This document shows positions 35,687 to 44,965 of a stretch of DNA of 64,000 nt, piece by piece (positions within the stretch are counted from its first letter, which is position 1; each line of letters starts with the position of its first letter). Both the position numbers and the translations under genes were made by a program. The notes beneath the pieces were generated by a model, which was not told the DNA's origin, did no database searches, and saw nothing but the letters and a program-made list of their open reading frames with translations. This DNA comes from an uncultured delta proteobacterium (GTDB lineage Bacteria > Myxococcota_A > Polyangia > Polyangiales > Houyiibacteriaceae), in the NCBI GenBank assembly GCA_963699755.1, contig CAVOVB010000004.1:157303-221302 (forward strand). The letters run 5' to 3'.

Positions 35687-37135
35687 CTAGGGGGCGGCTC
35701 GACGGCAGCCACCGCCCTTGGCTAGGGGCTGTTCCAGGGCCATTTTCAGCGTGGGCGGAATGTCCCGGGTCCTTCGGAGCGCTTCGATGGTGGCGACGGC
35801 TTCGGGGCTCCCGAGGGCGCGGAGCGCTTCGATCGCGCGCGCGGCGTTGTTGAGATCCTCTGTGCGTGCGTTGCTCGGAGCAGCCCGCATGACCAGCGCG
35901 AACAGGGCTTCGGCCGCGTCGGTCCGACAGTGGGCGACTACATACTCGATCGCGGCCTTCGTCACGGAGGGCCATTCGTCACGGGCGCGAAGCCTGCGAT
36001 GAATGCGATCCCAGCCTTCATCGCGCGACGAAGCGCCGAGCACCTCGATCGCCGCCGCACGGACTTCCGACATCGAATCGTCAACCGACGCGACTACTAC
36101 CGCAAGCGCCTCGCCTTCGGTACGAAGACTGCTCACTGCGGCGGCGCGAACCATCGGCCAAACGTCACGTCGGGCGAGGGTAGCGCGCTCCAAAACGCTC
36201 TGGTGATCGCCGGACAGGGCGGTAGCCGCGCTCGCGCGGACGCGCGGGTAGGGGTCGGCCAAAGAAGCGCGCGCGTTTTCTCGATGTCCGCGCGCGCTGA
36301 TCGCGTTCACCGCGGATTGGCGCAGCATCCAGGCTTTGGGCTCATCGAGTTGGCTTCGGACCCAGCGGTCGATCGTGACGCTGGGACCAGCCGCTCCGGC
36401 GGACTGGAGCAAGCGCCATGCGGAAGGGAAGTCTGTCGACCTTGGCGCGGCATACTCGATGAACGCCGTCAGCAGCGCACGTTGCGCCTCTAGGCCGATC
36501 AGTGCCACCGAAGCGCTCGCGACGGCTGACACGGGCGGCGAGCTGGCGAGCCATTCTCGGAGTGCACCGTTGGCATCTCCTCCAAAGCGCTGCACGGCGG
36601 TGCCGAGGGAAGCACGGAGTGCCGGGCGATTTGGACCAGCCGGTCGCGCCATCGCGTCGAGCAGCGGTCTGATCGCGAAAGCCGGCTCGGCCCGAGCGAG
36701 CAACGACGCAGCGCGATCACCCAGCTCCGGATCGACGAGGAGCTCCACCAAGGCCCGGCGTCCACGGGCTTCGCTTTGCCTCAGTGCCTCGAACGCACGA
36801 TCGCGCAGGTCCTCATCGTCCGATCGAGCGGCCTCGATCAGCACATCGATCGCTGCGTCGTGCTCCCTGCCAAGGCGGACGAGCGCGCCGATCACACGCT
36901 TTTGGCCTAGGAGTGAAATGGTCGGCCAAGTCGCGTGGATTTGCTTCGCAGCCCGTTCGCCCCCGGACTGAAGCACATAGACCGCGGCCATGGCCGGGTC
37001 GTGGTCGCCGTCTAGCTGCCTCACCGCGTCCGCAATGGCAGCCCGATCGGGCTCCGCCTCGGCGTTTTTCGGAAGCGTCGCGATCGACAGGAGGGTCGCT
37101 AGTGCAATCGCGCGTCTGCGGTTCGTCGTTCCCAC
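35687..37135 (-). CDS. Secreted HEAT-repeat protein
   Basis: GTG 37135 overlaps the ABC gene end; signal peptide; repeats DPYPRVRASAA, WPMVRAAAV, DSMSEVRAAAIE. Confidence 0.78.
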   Translation of the reverse strand: MGTTNRRRAIALATLLSIATLPKNAEAEPDRAAIADAVRQLDGDHDPAMAAVYVLQSGGERAAKQIHATWPTISLLGQKRVIGALVRLGREHDAAIDVLIEAARSDDEDLRDRAFEALRQSEARGRRALVELLVDPELGDRAASLLARAEPAFAIRPLLDAMARPAGPNRPALRASLGTAVQRFGGDANGALREWLASSPPVSAVASASVALIGLEAQRALLTAFIEYAAPRSTDFPSAWRLLQSAGAAGPSVTIDRWVRSQLDEPKAWMLRQSAVNAISARGHRENARASLADPYPRVRASAATALSGDHQSVLERATLARRDVWPMVRAAAVSSLRTEGEALAVVVASVDDSMSEVRAAAIEVLGASSRDEGWDRIHRRLRARDEWPSVTKAAIEYVVAHCRTDAAEALFALVMRAAPSNARTEDLNNAARAIEALRALGSPEAVATIEALRRTRDIPPTLKMALEQPLAKGGGCRRAAP

Positions 37136-38815
37136 TCGATCACCATTCCGTCCCGCAGCTCTAGCACGCGGTCGGCATGACGAAGGAAATCCTCGCGATG
37201 CGTCGCGACGAGAACCAGTCCGACCTCGTCTGCATGTTCCCTGCAGACGCCGATCCCGTTGCGCTCCTGCTCGTCGTCGAGCGCAGAGCTCGGCTCGTCC
37301 AGAAGCAAGACTGGGGCGCGCCTCTAGAGCGCGCGCCAAGGTGATACGCTGCCGCTGACCGGTCGACAGATCGCTGCCACCCTCGTGAAGCACCGCGTCG
37401 TAGCCCTGCGGTAGCGACGCAATGAAGTCGCGGGCGCCGACCCTGCGGCAGACCTCGATCACCTCGTCGCGCCGCGGATGAGGCGCGCCCAGCGCGACGT
37501 TGTTCAGGATGCTGTCGTGAAACAGGGCCGGATTCTGGGGCATCCAGGCAGTCGCAGCGATCAGCGAATCGCGGGACGCGGCGACCACATCGATGGAGAT
37601 GCTCCCCACGGGCGCTGGAAGCAGCCCCGCAAGCACCCCGATCAAGCTCGACTTCCCAGCGCCGCTCTCACCCGTGATCGCAACGAGCTCACCCGCCCGA
37701 AACCACGCGCTCGCAGAGACGAGGACGGGACGGCCGTCGTAGTCGAAGTCGAGGCCATCGAACCGGAGCGACGCGAACCGCTTCGTCCGAGGAGGGCCCG
37801 ACCCCGCTTGCTCCGTCGGCAGGCGGAGGAGCTCATCTAGTCGATCGGCCGACGCTAGACCGGACCCGAAGCCGAAAACCGCCTGAGCGAGCCCGTGTAG
37901 GGGCCGATACATCAGGAGCAGGGCGGCTGCTAGCACGGTTGCGGTGCTGGCGAGGTCGACAGTCCCGCGGCTGGACCAGGCAAAGGCGAAGACGAGCGGG
38001 ATACCCAAGGCGCCAGCCAGCTCCACCATGGGCCCCGCGGCGGCGCTCGAGGTTTCCGCCGCCACCGCGCTCTGCTCCGAGCGCATCACGCCCTCGTCGA
38101 CGCTCTGGCAGACGGGCCCCAGGGTTCCGTACACCGGGAGGACCCCTGCACCATCGATCGCCTTGGCTGTCCTAGCGACTACCGAGGACTCGGCGGCAAA
38201 GAGGTCACGCTGCCGCCTCCTCGTCGGACGCGCCGCCGCAACGATGAGCGGCACAGGCGGAGGGAGGGCGAGAAGCCCTGGGATGGCTAGTGCAGTATCC
38301 ACCCTCAGAGCCACGCTGGCTACCGCAGTAGCCATCAGAATGCTCCAGACCCCCTAGCCAACTCCACGGTGAAGGAGGGTCCGCACTCCATGGACCTCGA
38401 CCTGAATACGCGAGGCGAGCTCGCCACCGGGCCAGGCGAGCGGTTTCGACGGCTCGACGGCCAGGACATGACCCTGCAATTTGCGATGAAATTCGCTGAC
38501 AACACCGAGTTGAAACCTGGCCGCAAGGTTCGTTCTGAGGGTCTCTGACAGCGCTCTCAGACCTCCCAGGGCAACGAGCAGTGAAACGATCTGGGTCACG
38601 CTTGGGCTCGGGATCGACACGGCTTCCAACGCGGTTCCAGGCTGCAAATTGCCTTCCAAGCTGCGCAAGAGCGGCCCGAGGAGCCAGGCATGGCCGGTGG
38701 TGGCTGCGGCCGACACGGCCATGGCGCAGATGCTGGCCACGCCCAGAGGCAGACGCGCCCGCGCGGATTTCAGTAGCTCAGTACGAGCAGGATTCTCATT
38801 GGAATTCCTCCTCAT
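37099..38815 (-). pseudogene. ABC exporter (fused TMD-NBD, MsbA-like), interrupted
   Basis: In-frame TAG at 38354-38356 inside the TMD. GESGAGKS, Q-loop and LSTGQRQR follow in the same frame; a frameshift at about 37315-37325 moves Walker B (VLLLDEPSSALD) and ATHR to another frame ending at 37099. Confidence 0.8.
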
Positions 38816-38926
38816 AAATAGGTCGAATACCCCTTCTCAATAGAGCTCACAGACCCATATAACTTCCGACACGAGGACAACAAAATCCAGGCGCTCGAAG
38901 GGCGAGCCCGGGACCGCTGGGCATTT

Positions 38927-38942
38927 CGGCACGGTGCGTGCA
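38927..38942 (+). promoter_or_regulatory. Putative sigma-54 promoter upstream of the sigma-70 gene
   Basis: CGGCACGGTGCGTGCA versus consensus TGGCACGN4TTGCW; GG(38928-29)-N10-GC(38940-41); intergenic. Confidence 0.6.
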
Positions 38943-39058
38943 TCTCGATTCGACTCGAACGGCTGGTTCAGCCTGAACGGAAGAGTTAGGCGGTTTCGGT
39001 TGTTAGCCATTCGAGGGGGTGCCGCATCTTGCGAGCGCACCCGGAGGCGAGAGGGAAA

Positions 39059-40444
39059 ATGGCACGACAGGCAGCGACAAGACAGACCACGAGAAATAGC
39101 CAGGTGAGGGTCAAGGCGTCCAAGCAGGCGGACGCGCAGGCGACAACCGATGTTCGATCGCCCGCACCGGCCCAGACGATGCCGGCGGCGTCCGCTGAGC
39201 CCAGCAAGGAGCAGCTGGAGAAGGCTCGTGCCGAAAGCGAGAAGGCCCTCAAAGAGTTCGAGCGCCAAGGTGCGGGGGATTCGACCCTGACTCGCTACTT
39301 TCGCGAGATGATCGGCCATCGCGTGCTCACCCCCCAAGAGGAAATCGAAGCGGCCAAGGAGGTCGAGCGCCTCGAAATCGCATACTGGGAGGCCTTGCTC
39401 AGCTACCCGGCATGCTTCGAAAGCGTAGCGGCGGTGATCGAAGCCCGAGTCGAGGACCAACCGCTGCCCGAGCTCGCGTCGCTTCGCAAGCTCTGCAAGA
39501 GCGCCAAGGCCGACAAGCTCGGCAAGCGCCAGGAAGCGCGCTGGAACGGCCTCTGTCTCCAGCTCTCGACGAAGATGCGCGAGCTCGATAGCGACCGTCT
39601 CTTCGTTCAGGAGTCGGACCGCGCGGTGCACCGCCTCGCCGGCGACTTCGCGGACGAGCGTGACATCGTCGGCGATCACGTCCGCGTGACTCCCACGTTC
39701 AAGCGCTACCTACAGCACGTTCGGAGTGCGCAAAAGGCGCAGCAGCGCGCAAAGAATCGCTTCGTCGCCGCGAACCTGCGGCTCGTCGTTTCGATCGCAC
39801 GCCGCTATAACCGCGGTCGGCTTCCCCTCATCGACCTCATTCAGGAGGGCAACATCGGACTCATGAAGGCGGTCGAGCGCTTTGACCACAACCGTGGCTA
39901 CCGCTTCAGCACGTACGCATCCTGGTGGATTCGTCACGCAATCAGCCGCGCGCTCGCGGACAAGGGCCGTGCGGTTCGCATCCCGGTGCACATGCTCGAC
40001 ACATATAACCGGGTTGCGCGTGCCACCCAGGCCATTGCCACCCGGACCGGCGCGGAGCCGACACCCGAAGAGCTCGAGAGGGAGACCGGCATCGCTGCCG
40101 AGAAGCTCGAGAAGATCAAGGGCTATTGGGCCGAGACCCCGTTCTCGCTCGACCGTCCGGTCAACGACGAGGACGGCCGCAAGTTCATCGACTTCCTCGA
40201 AGAGGAAAACGTGCCGACGCCGTACGAGCAGCTCGTCTCCCAGAAGTGGGGCGACGAGGTGCGCAGGCTCCTCGATACGCTGACCCCCATGGAAGCACGC
40301 ATCCTCCGCTGGCGCTTCGGCCTCGACGACGAGGACGAGCTCACGCTGAAGGAAATCGGCGACAAGTACAACCTGTCCCGCGAACGAATTCGGCAGCTCC
40401 AAGAGCAGGCGCTCGGAAAGATTCGGCGACAGATCAAGGAGTGA
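39059..40444 (+). CDS. RpoD-family sigma-70 factor (probably non-primary, group 2)
   Basis: Region 1.2 (TRYFREM..LTPQEE), region 2 (ANLRLVVSIA, DLIQEGNIGL, FSTYASWWIR), region 4 (TLKEIG..SRERIRQ). No acidic region 1.1. Confidence 0.92.
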   Translation: MARQAATRQTTRNSQVRVKASKQADAQATTDVRSPAPAQTMPAASAEPSKEQLEKARAESEKALKEFERQGAGDSTLTRYFREMIGHRVLTPQEEIEAAKEVERLEIAYWEALLSYPACFESVAAVIEARVEDQPLPELASLRKLCKSAKADKLGKRQEARWNGLCLQLSTKMRELDSDRLFVQESDRAVHRLAGDFADERDIVGDHVRVTPTFKRYLQHVRSAQKAQQRAKNRFVAANLRLVVSIARRYNRGRLPLIDLIQEGNIGLMKAVERFDHNRGYRFSTYASWWIRHAISRALADKGRAVRIPVHMLDTYNRVARATQAIATRTGAEPTPEELERETGIAAEKLEKIKGYWAETPFSLDRPVNDEDGRKFIDFLEEENVPTPYEQLVSQKWGDEVRRLLDTLTPMEARILRWRFGLDDEDELTLKEIGDKYNLSRERIRQLQEQALGKIRRQIKE

Positions 40445-40463
40445 GCTGAGGCTCGCGGAGATT

Positions 40464-40499
40464 GAGCGCCGGTGGGGCAACCCGCCGGCGTTTGTCGTT
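40464..40499 (+). terminator. Intrinsic terminator after the sigma factor
   Basis: Stem CGCCGGTGGG / CCCGCCGGCG around a GCAA loop, followed by TTTGTCGTT. Confidence 0.7.
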
Positions 40500-40630
40500 C
40501 TAGTTGCACTGGCGGCCGCTGGGGACTTGGGGGTAGGTGGGCGGTGTTACTACACCAGACCACGCCCCAGCTCACCCCAACCTTGATGCGCACCCCCGAT
40601 CCCGCATACCCTGAGGCGAGGGGACGGTGG

Positions 40631-41338
40631 ATGGCTTCGAGGGCGCCGTACTGCGAGTTGGAGATCCGCGTTCGTCAGACGCTGGCGGCGGATGGCACGA
40701 CTTCCTCGTACTCGACGGTCTCTTGCCCGCGACAAGCATGCACGGTTCGGGTGAAGGAATGCGTCGATTGCGAGGAGTACATCGGACTCTCGTTCGACCG
40801 GGAGGAGCAGACCGCGCTGCTCCACTGCTACGAAAACCAGGGACCGACGCCCCGGCAATCGTTGCGGGGCTTTCTTGCTTCCGGTGAGCGCGAAGGGTTT
40901 TGGCGAAAACTGCACGAACGCGCCGATTGCACGCCGGTCTCACGGATCATGAGCCTCAACGTCCACTGTGTGACCGAGGAGGTGACTCTCAGTGCGCTTG
41001 CAGGCTCCTTACTCGAAGGCGGGATCAGCGGTGCCCCCGTGGTCGATGAACAGGGCAAACCCGTCGGCGTCGTCTCCAAGACGGACCTGCTGCGCCACGG
41101 AGTCATCCCGGATGCGCGGGTGAAGAGCATCATGACTCCGATGTCGTTCACGCTGCACGAGGAGCAATCGGTCTCGAAAGCCGCCGCTCTCATGGCGTAC
41201 GAGGGCATCCATCGCCTCCCGGTCGTGGACGATGAGGGCACGGTCGTCGGACTTCTGTCCTCGCTCGACATTTTGCACTGGCTCGCGTGTAAGACGGGCA
41301 ACACCGTCCCAGCCCCCCGCTCGCGCCGCCGGCGCTAA
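40631..41338 (+). CDS. CBS-domain protein with Cys-rich N-terminal domain
   Basis: Tandem CBS (ISGAPVVD..G..VGVVSKTD; IHRLPVVD..G.VVGLLS). N-terminal CPRQAC..CVDC..HC. Confidence 0.85.
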   Translation: MASRAPYCELEIRVRQTLAADGTTSSYSTVSCPRQACTVRVKECVDCEEYIGLSFDREEQTALLHCYENQGPTPRQSLRGFLASGEREGFWRKLHERADCTPVSRIMSLNVHCVTEEVTLSALAGSLLEGGISGAPVVDEQGKPVGVVSKTDLLRHGVIPDARVKSIMTPMSFTLHEEQSVSKAAALMAYEGIHRLPVVDDEGTVVGLLSSLDILHWLACKTGNTVPAPRSRRRR

Positions 41339-43481
41339 CGCTGACACCGGCGCTCACACCCCCCAACGGCAACTCCGACAAAACGAACGCGTAATCCAAC
41401 GCCGTCTCGTTCAAATGGTCATACCGCCCCGAAGCGCCGCCGTGCCCCGCGTCCATGTTGATCTTGAAAAGCAACGGATTCCCGTCGGTCTTGTGCGCCC
41501 TCAGTTTTGCAACGTATTTCGCAGGCTCCCAGTACATGACCTGGCTGTCGTTCAGCGACGTGCGGACCAGCATCGTCGGGTAGGGCTGTGCCGTGATGTT
41601 CGTATATGGACAGTAGGCCTTGATTCGAAAATACGCGTCGCGCTGATTCGGGTTGCCCCACTCCTCGTATTCGCCGACGGTGAGTGGAAGACTCTCGTCG
41701 AGCATCGTGTTGAGGACGTCGACGAACGGGACGATCAACAGGACGATGCTGAACAAGTCGGGGCGCAGGTTGCTGACGGCGCCCATGAGCAGACCTCCCG
41801 CGCTCCCGCCTTGAATCGCGAGACGGTCCCTGCTCGTGTAACCGTTCGCGATCAAGTGCTCGGCGACGGCGATGAAGTCCGTGAAGGTATTGGTCTTGTG
41901 CTCCATGCGGCCCTGGTCGTGCCAACGCTTCCCGAGCTCGCCGCCGCCTCGGACGTGCGCGATGGCATAAGTCACGCCGCGATCGAGCAGGCTGACCCGG
42001 GAGTGCGAGAAGCCGGTCGGATACGGATAGCCATAAGAGCCGTAGCCCGCCAGCAACATCGGCGACGATCCGTCCCTCGATGCGCCCTTCTTGTACACCA
42101 CGGAAATCGGCACCTTCGTGCCGTCTCGAGCGGTCGCCCAGACACGCTCCGATTTGTATGCGGCAGGATCATAGCCACCGAGCACCTCCAGCTGCTTCAC
42201 CAAGCGACGGGTCTGCGATGAAACGTCGTAGTCAAACACCGATTCCGGGGTCGTGAGCGACTCGTAGCGGAAGCGATAGGCATTCGCCGAGAACTCCTCG
42301 TTGTGGCCCGGGTACACCGCGTACACTGGTTCGTCCATGGCGATCCGATGCGACTTCCCGTCGTCAAAGCTCGAAACGCGAATGTAGGGGAGCCCCGCCT
42401 CGCGCTCGAGAAGCACGTAGAATCCCTCGAAGGCATCGAGGCCTTCCACCATCACGCCACTACGATGCGGCACCAGCTCTTGCCAGGACGAGGGACCAGG
42501 ATTGCCGACGGGTGCTCGAACGACCCGGAAATTTCGACCACGGTCGTTGGTCCGAATCAGGAAGTCGCCACCGCGATGTGCGACCTCGTACTCGTGATCT
42601 TGTTTGCGCGCGGCGATCATTCGCCAGGGGCCGCCCGGCTCGGACGCAGGCAGGAACCCGATTTCAGTCGTAGTGTGGCTAAACGCACCTCGGAAGATGA
42701 ATTGGCCACTGCGGGAACGCCAGACCGCCACCTGGAATCGCTCGTCGTCTTCCTGGTAGAGGATCGAATCCTCGTCCGCCGTACCGAGTCGATGACGCCA
42801 CAGCCGGTGCGCGCGCTTGGTCTCGTCGTCGACTGTGTAGAAGAAGGTCCGGCTGTCGCTCGCCCATGCGATCGACTTCACTTTTTCGATCCGCTCGGGA
42901 AGCATTTCGCCCGAGCGAAGGTCCTTGACCTGGAGCGTGTAGTCGCGAAAGCCCGTCTCATCGAGGGAGAATGCTAGATACCGGCCGTCCGGTGAGACTT
43001 CGTAGACGCCGAGGGCTAGGAACGGGCGTCCCTCGGCAAGTGCGTTCATGTCGAGGAGGACCTGCTCGCTCTCGCCCTTGCCCGGCTCGCGCCTGCAATA
43101 GGTTGGATACTGTTTCCCCTCCTCGGTGCGGTGGTAGTACTCGAGCTTGCCCTTGCGATAGGGCGCGCTCTGATCCGTCTCCTGAATGCGGCCTACGATC
43201 TCGTCGTAGAGCGTCTTGTGAAGCGCGGCGGTCGGCTCCATCTGTGCGTCGGCATAGGCGTTCTCGGCCTTCAGATAAGCGGTGACCTCCGCCGACTCTT
43301 TGTCGCGCAGCCAAAAGTATTCATCGACGCGAGTGTCGCCATGAAGGGTGACGGAGTGGGGTTTGGTTGCGGCGACGGGGGGGAGGATCGGGGGAGCTTG
43401 GTGTTCGCTCCGGCGTTTCGGGGTGCCCGCGCAGCTTGGGAGCGTCCCCGCGAGTAAGAGGAGAATCAAGATCCGGCGCAT
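41190..43481 (-). CDS. ptrB: Oligopeptidase B (S9A), lipoprotein signal
   Basis: DEYFWLR, beta-propeller, HVRGGGE, GGSAGG, SLNDSQV, AGHGGASG. The true stop is probably near 41354 (see findings). Confidence 0.93.
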   Translation of the reverse strand: MRRILILLLLAGTLPSCAGTPKRRSEHQAPPILPPVAATKPHSVTLHGDTRVDEYFWLRDKESAEVTAYLKAENAYADAQMEPTAALHKTLYDEIVGRIQETDQSAPYRKGKLEYYHRTEEGKQYPTYCRREPGKGESEQVLLDMNALAEGRPFLALGVYEVSPDGRYLAFSLDETGFRDYTLQVKDLRSGEMLPERIEKVKSIAWASDSRTFFYTVDDETKRAHRLWRHRLGTADEDSILYQEDDERFQVAVWRSRSGQFIFRGAFSHTTTEIGFLPASEPGGPWRMIAARKQDHEYEVAHRGGDFLIRTNDRGRNFRVVRAPVGNPGPSSWQELVPHRSGVMVEGLDAFEGFYVLLEREAGLPYIRVSSFDDGKSHRIAMDEPVYAVYPGHNEEFSANAYRFRYESLTTPESVFDYDVSSQTRRLVKQLEVLGGYDPAAYKSERVWATARDGTKVPISVVYKKGASRDGSSPMLLAGYGSYGYPYPTGFSHSRVSLLDRGVTYAIAHVRGGGELGKRWHDQGRMEHKTNTFTDFIAVAEHLIANGYTSRDRLAIQGGSAGGLLMGAVSNLRPDLFSIVLLIVPFVDVLNTMLDESLPLTVGEYEEWGNPNQRDAYFRIKAYCPYTNITAQPYPTMLVRTSLNDSQVMYWEPAKYVAKLRAHKTDGNPLLFKINMDAGHGGASGRYDHLNETALDYAFVLSELPLGGVSAGVSVSAGGASGGLGRCCPSYTRASAKCRARTEVRRPCPHRPRPGGDGCPRTP

Positions 43482-43525
43482 AAGGCTAGGGTGTAGCAGG
43501 GGCGGGGTCAGTGTGAGTGCCAGCG

Positions 43526-44965
43526 TCAATGGCTTTGCGCGGGCTGAATCGCGTAGTTGGCCAGTGCTCTCACGATGTCATCGGCGAGTTTCCTGGCTTG
43601 GGCCTGCCTCCCGGCGATCCCGTTCGCCAGAAAGCTGAACGCCAGCGAGTGGCCGGGCTCTGCGAGCACGTAGCCTGAAAGGGCGATTACGTCTCTGAGC
43701 GTTCCACTCTTCGCGCGGACCATCCCCGGACGTGGCAAGTCCTCGAGGCGGGACTTCAGGGTTCCGTCGGAGCCCGCTATCGCGAGATGGGCGATGTACT
43801 CCGCTCGAATCGCCGGGTCGCGATAAGCGGCGACGAGCGTTTGAGTCAGATGCTGCGGTGCGACTTGGTTGCCGTCGAAGAGCCCGGAGCCGTTGACCAT
43901 GACGAGGCCCTCGGTGTCGACGCCCATCTGATCGAGCTCTTTGCGAACCACCGCGACGCCACGTGCGGACGTCCCCGGCGTTTCCGTTTGCGCGCCCATG
44001 ACCTTCAACAGCATCTCAGCTGTGAAGTTGTCGCTCCATTTCCCCACCGAATAGAGCATCTCACTGAGGGGAGGCGAATGCGCTTGGGCGACCAAACTCT
44101 GCGGTTCGGCCACAGTCCCATGCTCGACCGACATGGGCCCCTGAATGCCGGCGTTCTTCAGCGCCCGGACGAAGAGGCTCGCCGCGTATGCTCTCGGGTC
44201 CGGAACGCGGCGGCGGTAGTACAGCATCGGGGCTCGCTTTGGAATCGCTCCCTCGACCCGAAGCGAGAGGTGCCCGTCCTCGGTCAAGCGGTGAGCGATC
44301 CTCGGCGTCGGCGGCCCCTCCGCAGCAGTCACCGTCCGGTTGTCGATCTGCACATAGTCGTCGGCCAGCACGCGAACGAATGCGGGACCATCGACTTCAG
44401 GCCCCGGACCGATGTGCACGAGGTAGCTGTTGCGGTCCACGGAGAACGCAGAGATAGCCGCGCGGAACGACGCGGCTTCGGTCGGTTGCTGCTCGAACGC
44501 TGGCGGGAGAACCTGGTCGTCGAAATAGCTGTCGTCAATGACGATTCGGTCGATCGTGTTGACGCCCTGTAAGTGTATGTTCTCCGCGAGAGTGACCAGC
44601 ATGGCGTACCCCAAGGTCGGGTCCCCTGAGGGTCGAACGACGAGGCGGGCAACGCGACCGGCGATGATGCTGCCCTCCACACGGGTCGCGAGCTGGAAGC
44701 TGGGCCCCAAGCGCCGAAGCGCTGCCGCTGAGGTCAGGAGCTTCTGGTTGGATGCCGGATTCCGAGGGCGTTCGGGCTGATTGCGGTAGAGTTCTTTTCC
44801 ATCGTGCAGCCGAACCACATGAATTCCGATTCCATCGCCGAGCCCGGCCTGACGAACGAGCCTCGCGATCGTCTGCGCGAGCGGCTCTGGCCCCTTCGCC
44901 AGCGCGCCGGGGCTCACGAGCAGCAGGCCGATGATCGCGAGACCAAGAAGCGATCGGTGCAGCAT
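43526..44965 (-). CDS. dacB: D-Ala-D-Ala carboxypeptidase/endopeptidase (PBP4, S13)
   Basis: PASNQK, SGDPTL, SDN, NGSGL, KSGTL. Confidence 0.92.
   Translation of the reverse strand: MLHRSLLGLAIIGLLLVSPGALAKGPEPLAQTIARLVRQAGLGDGIGIHVVRLHDGKELYRNQPERPRNPASNQKLLTSAAALRRLGPSFQLATRVEGSIIAGRVARLVVRPSGDPTLGYAMLVTLAENIHLQGVNTIDRIVIDDSYFDDQVLPPAFEQQPTEAASFRAAISAFSVDRNSYLVHIGPGPEVDGPAFVRVLADDYVQIDNRTVTAAEGPPTPRIAHRLTEDGHLSLRVEGAIPKRAPMLYYRRRVPDPRAYAASLFVRALKNAGIQGPMSVEHGTVAEPQSLVAQAHSPPLSEMLYSVGKWSDNFTAEMLLKVMGAQTETPGTSARGVAVVRKELDQMGVDTEGLVMVNGSGLFDGNQVAPQHLTQTLVAAYRDPAIRAEYIAHLAIAGSDGTLKSRLEDLPRPGMVRAKSGTLRDVIALSGYVLAEPGHSLAFSFLANGIAGRQAQARKLADDIVRALANYAIQPAQSH

Noticed and set aside
35687..38335. 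882-aa ORF suggesting a novel ABC-HEAT fusion
   Set aside because: Created by a frameshift before Walker B. The ABC ends at 37099 in another frame and the HEAT protein has its own start and signal peptide.
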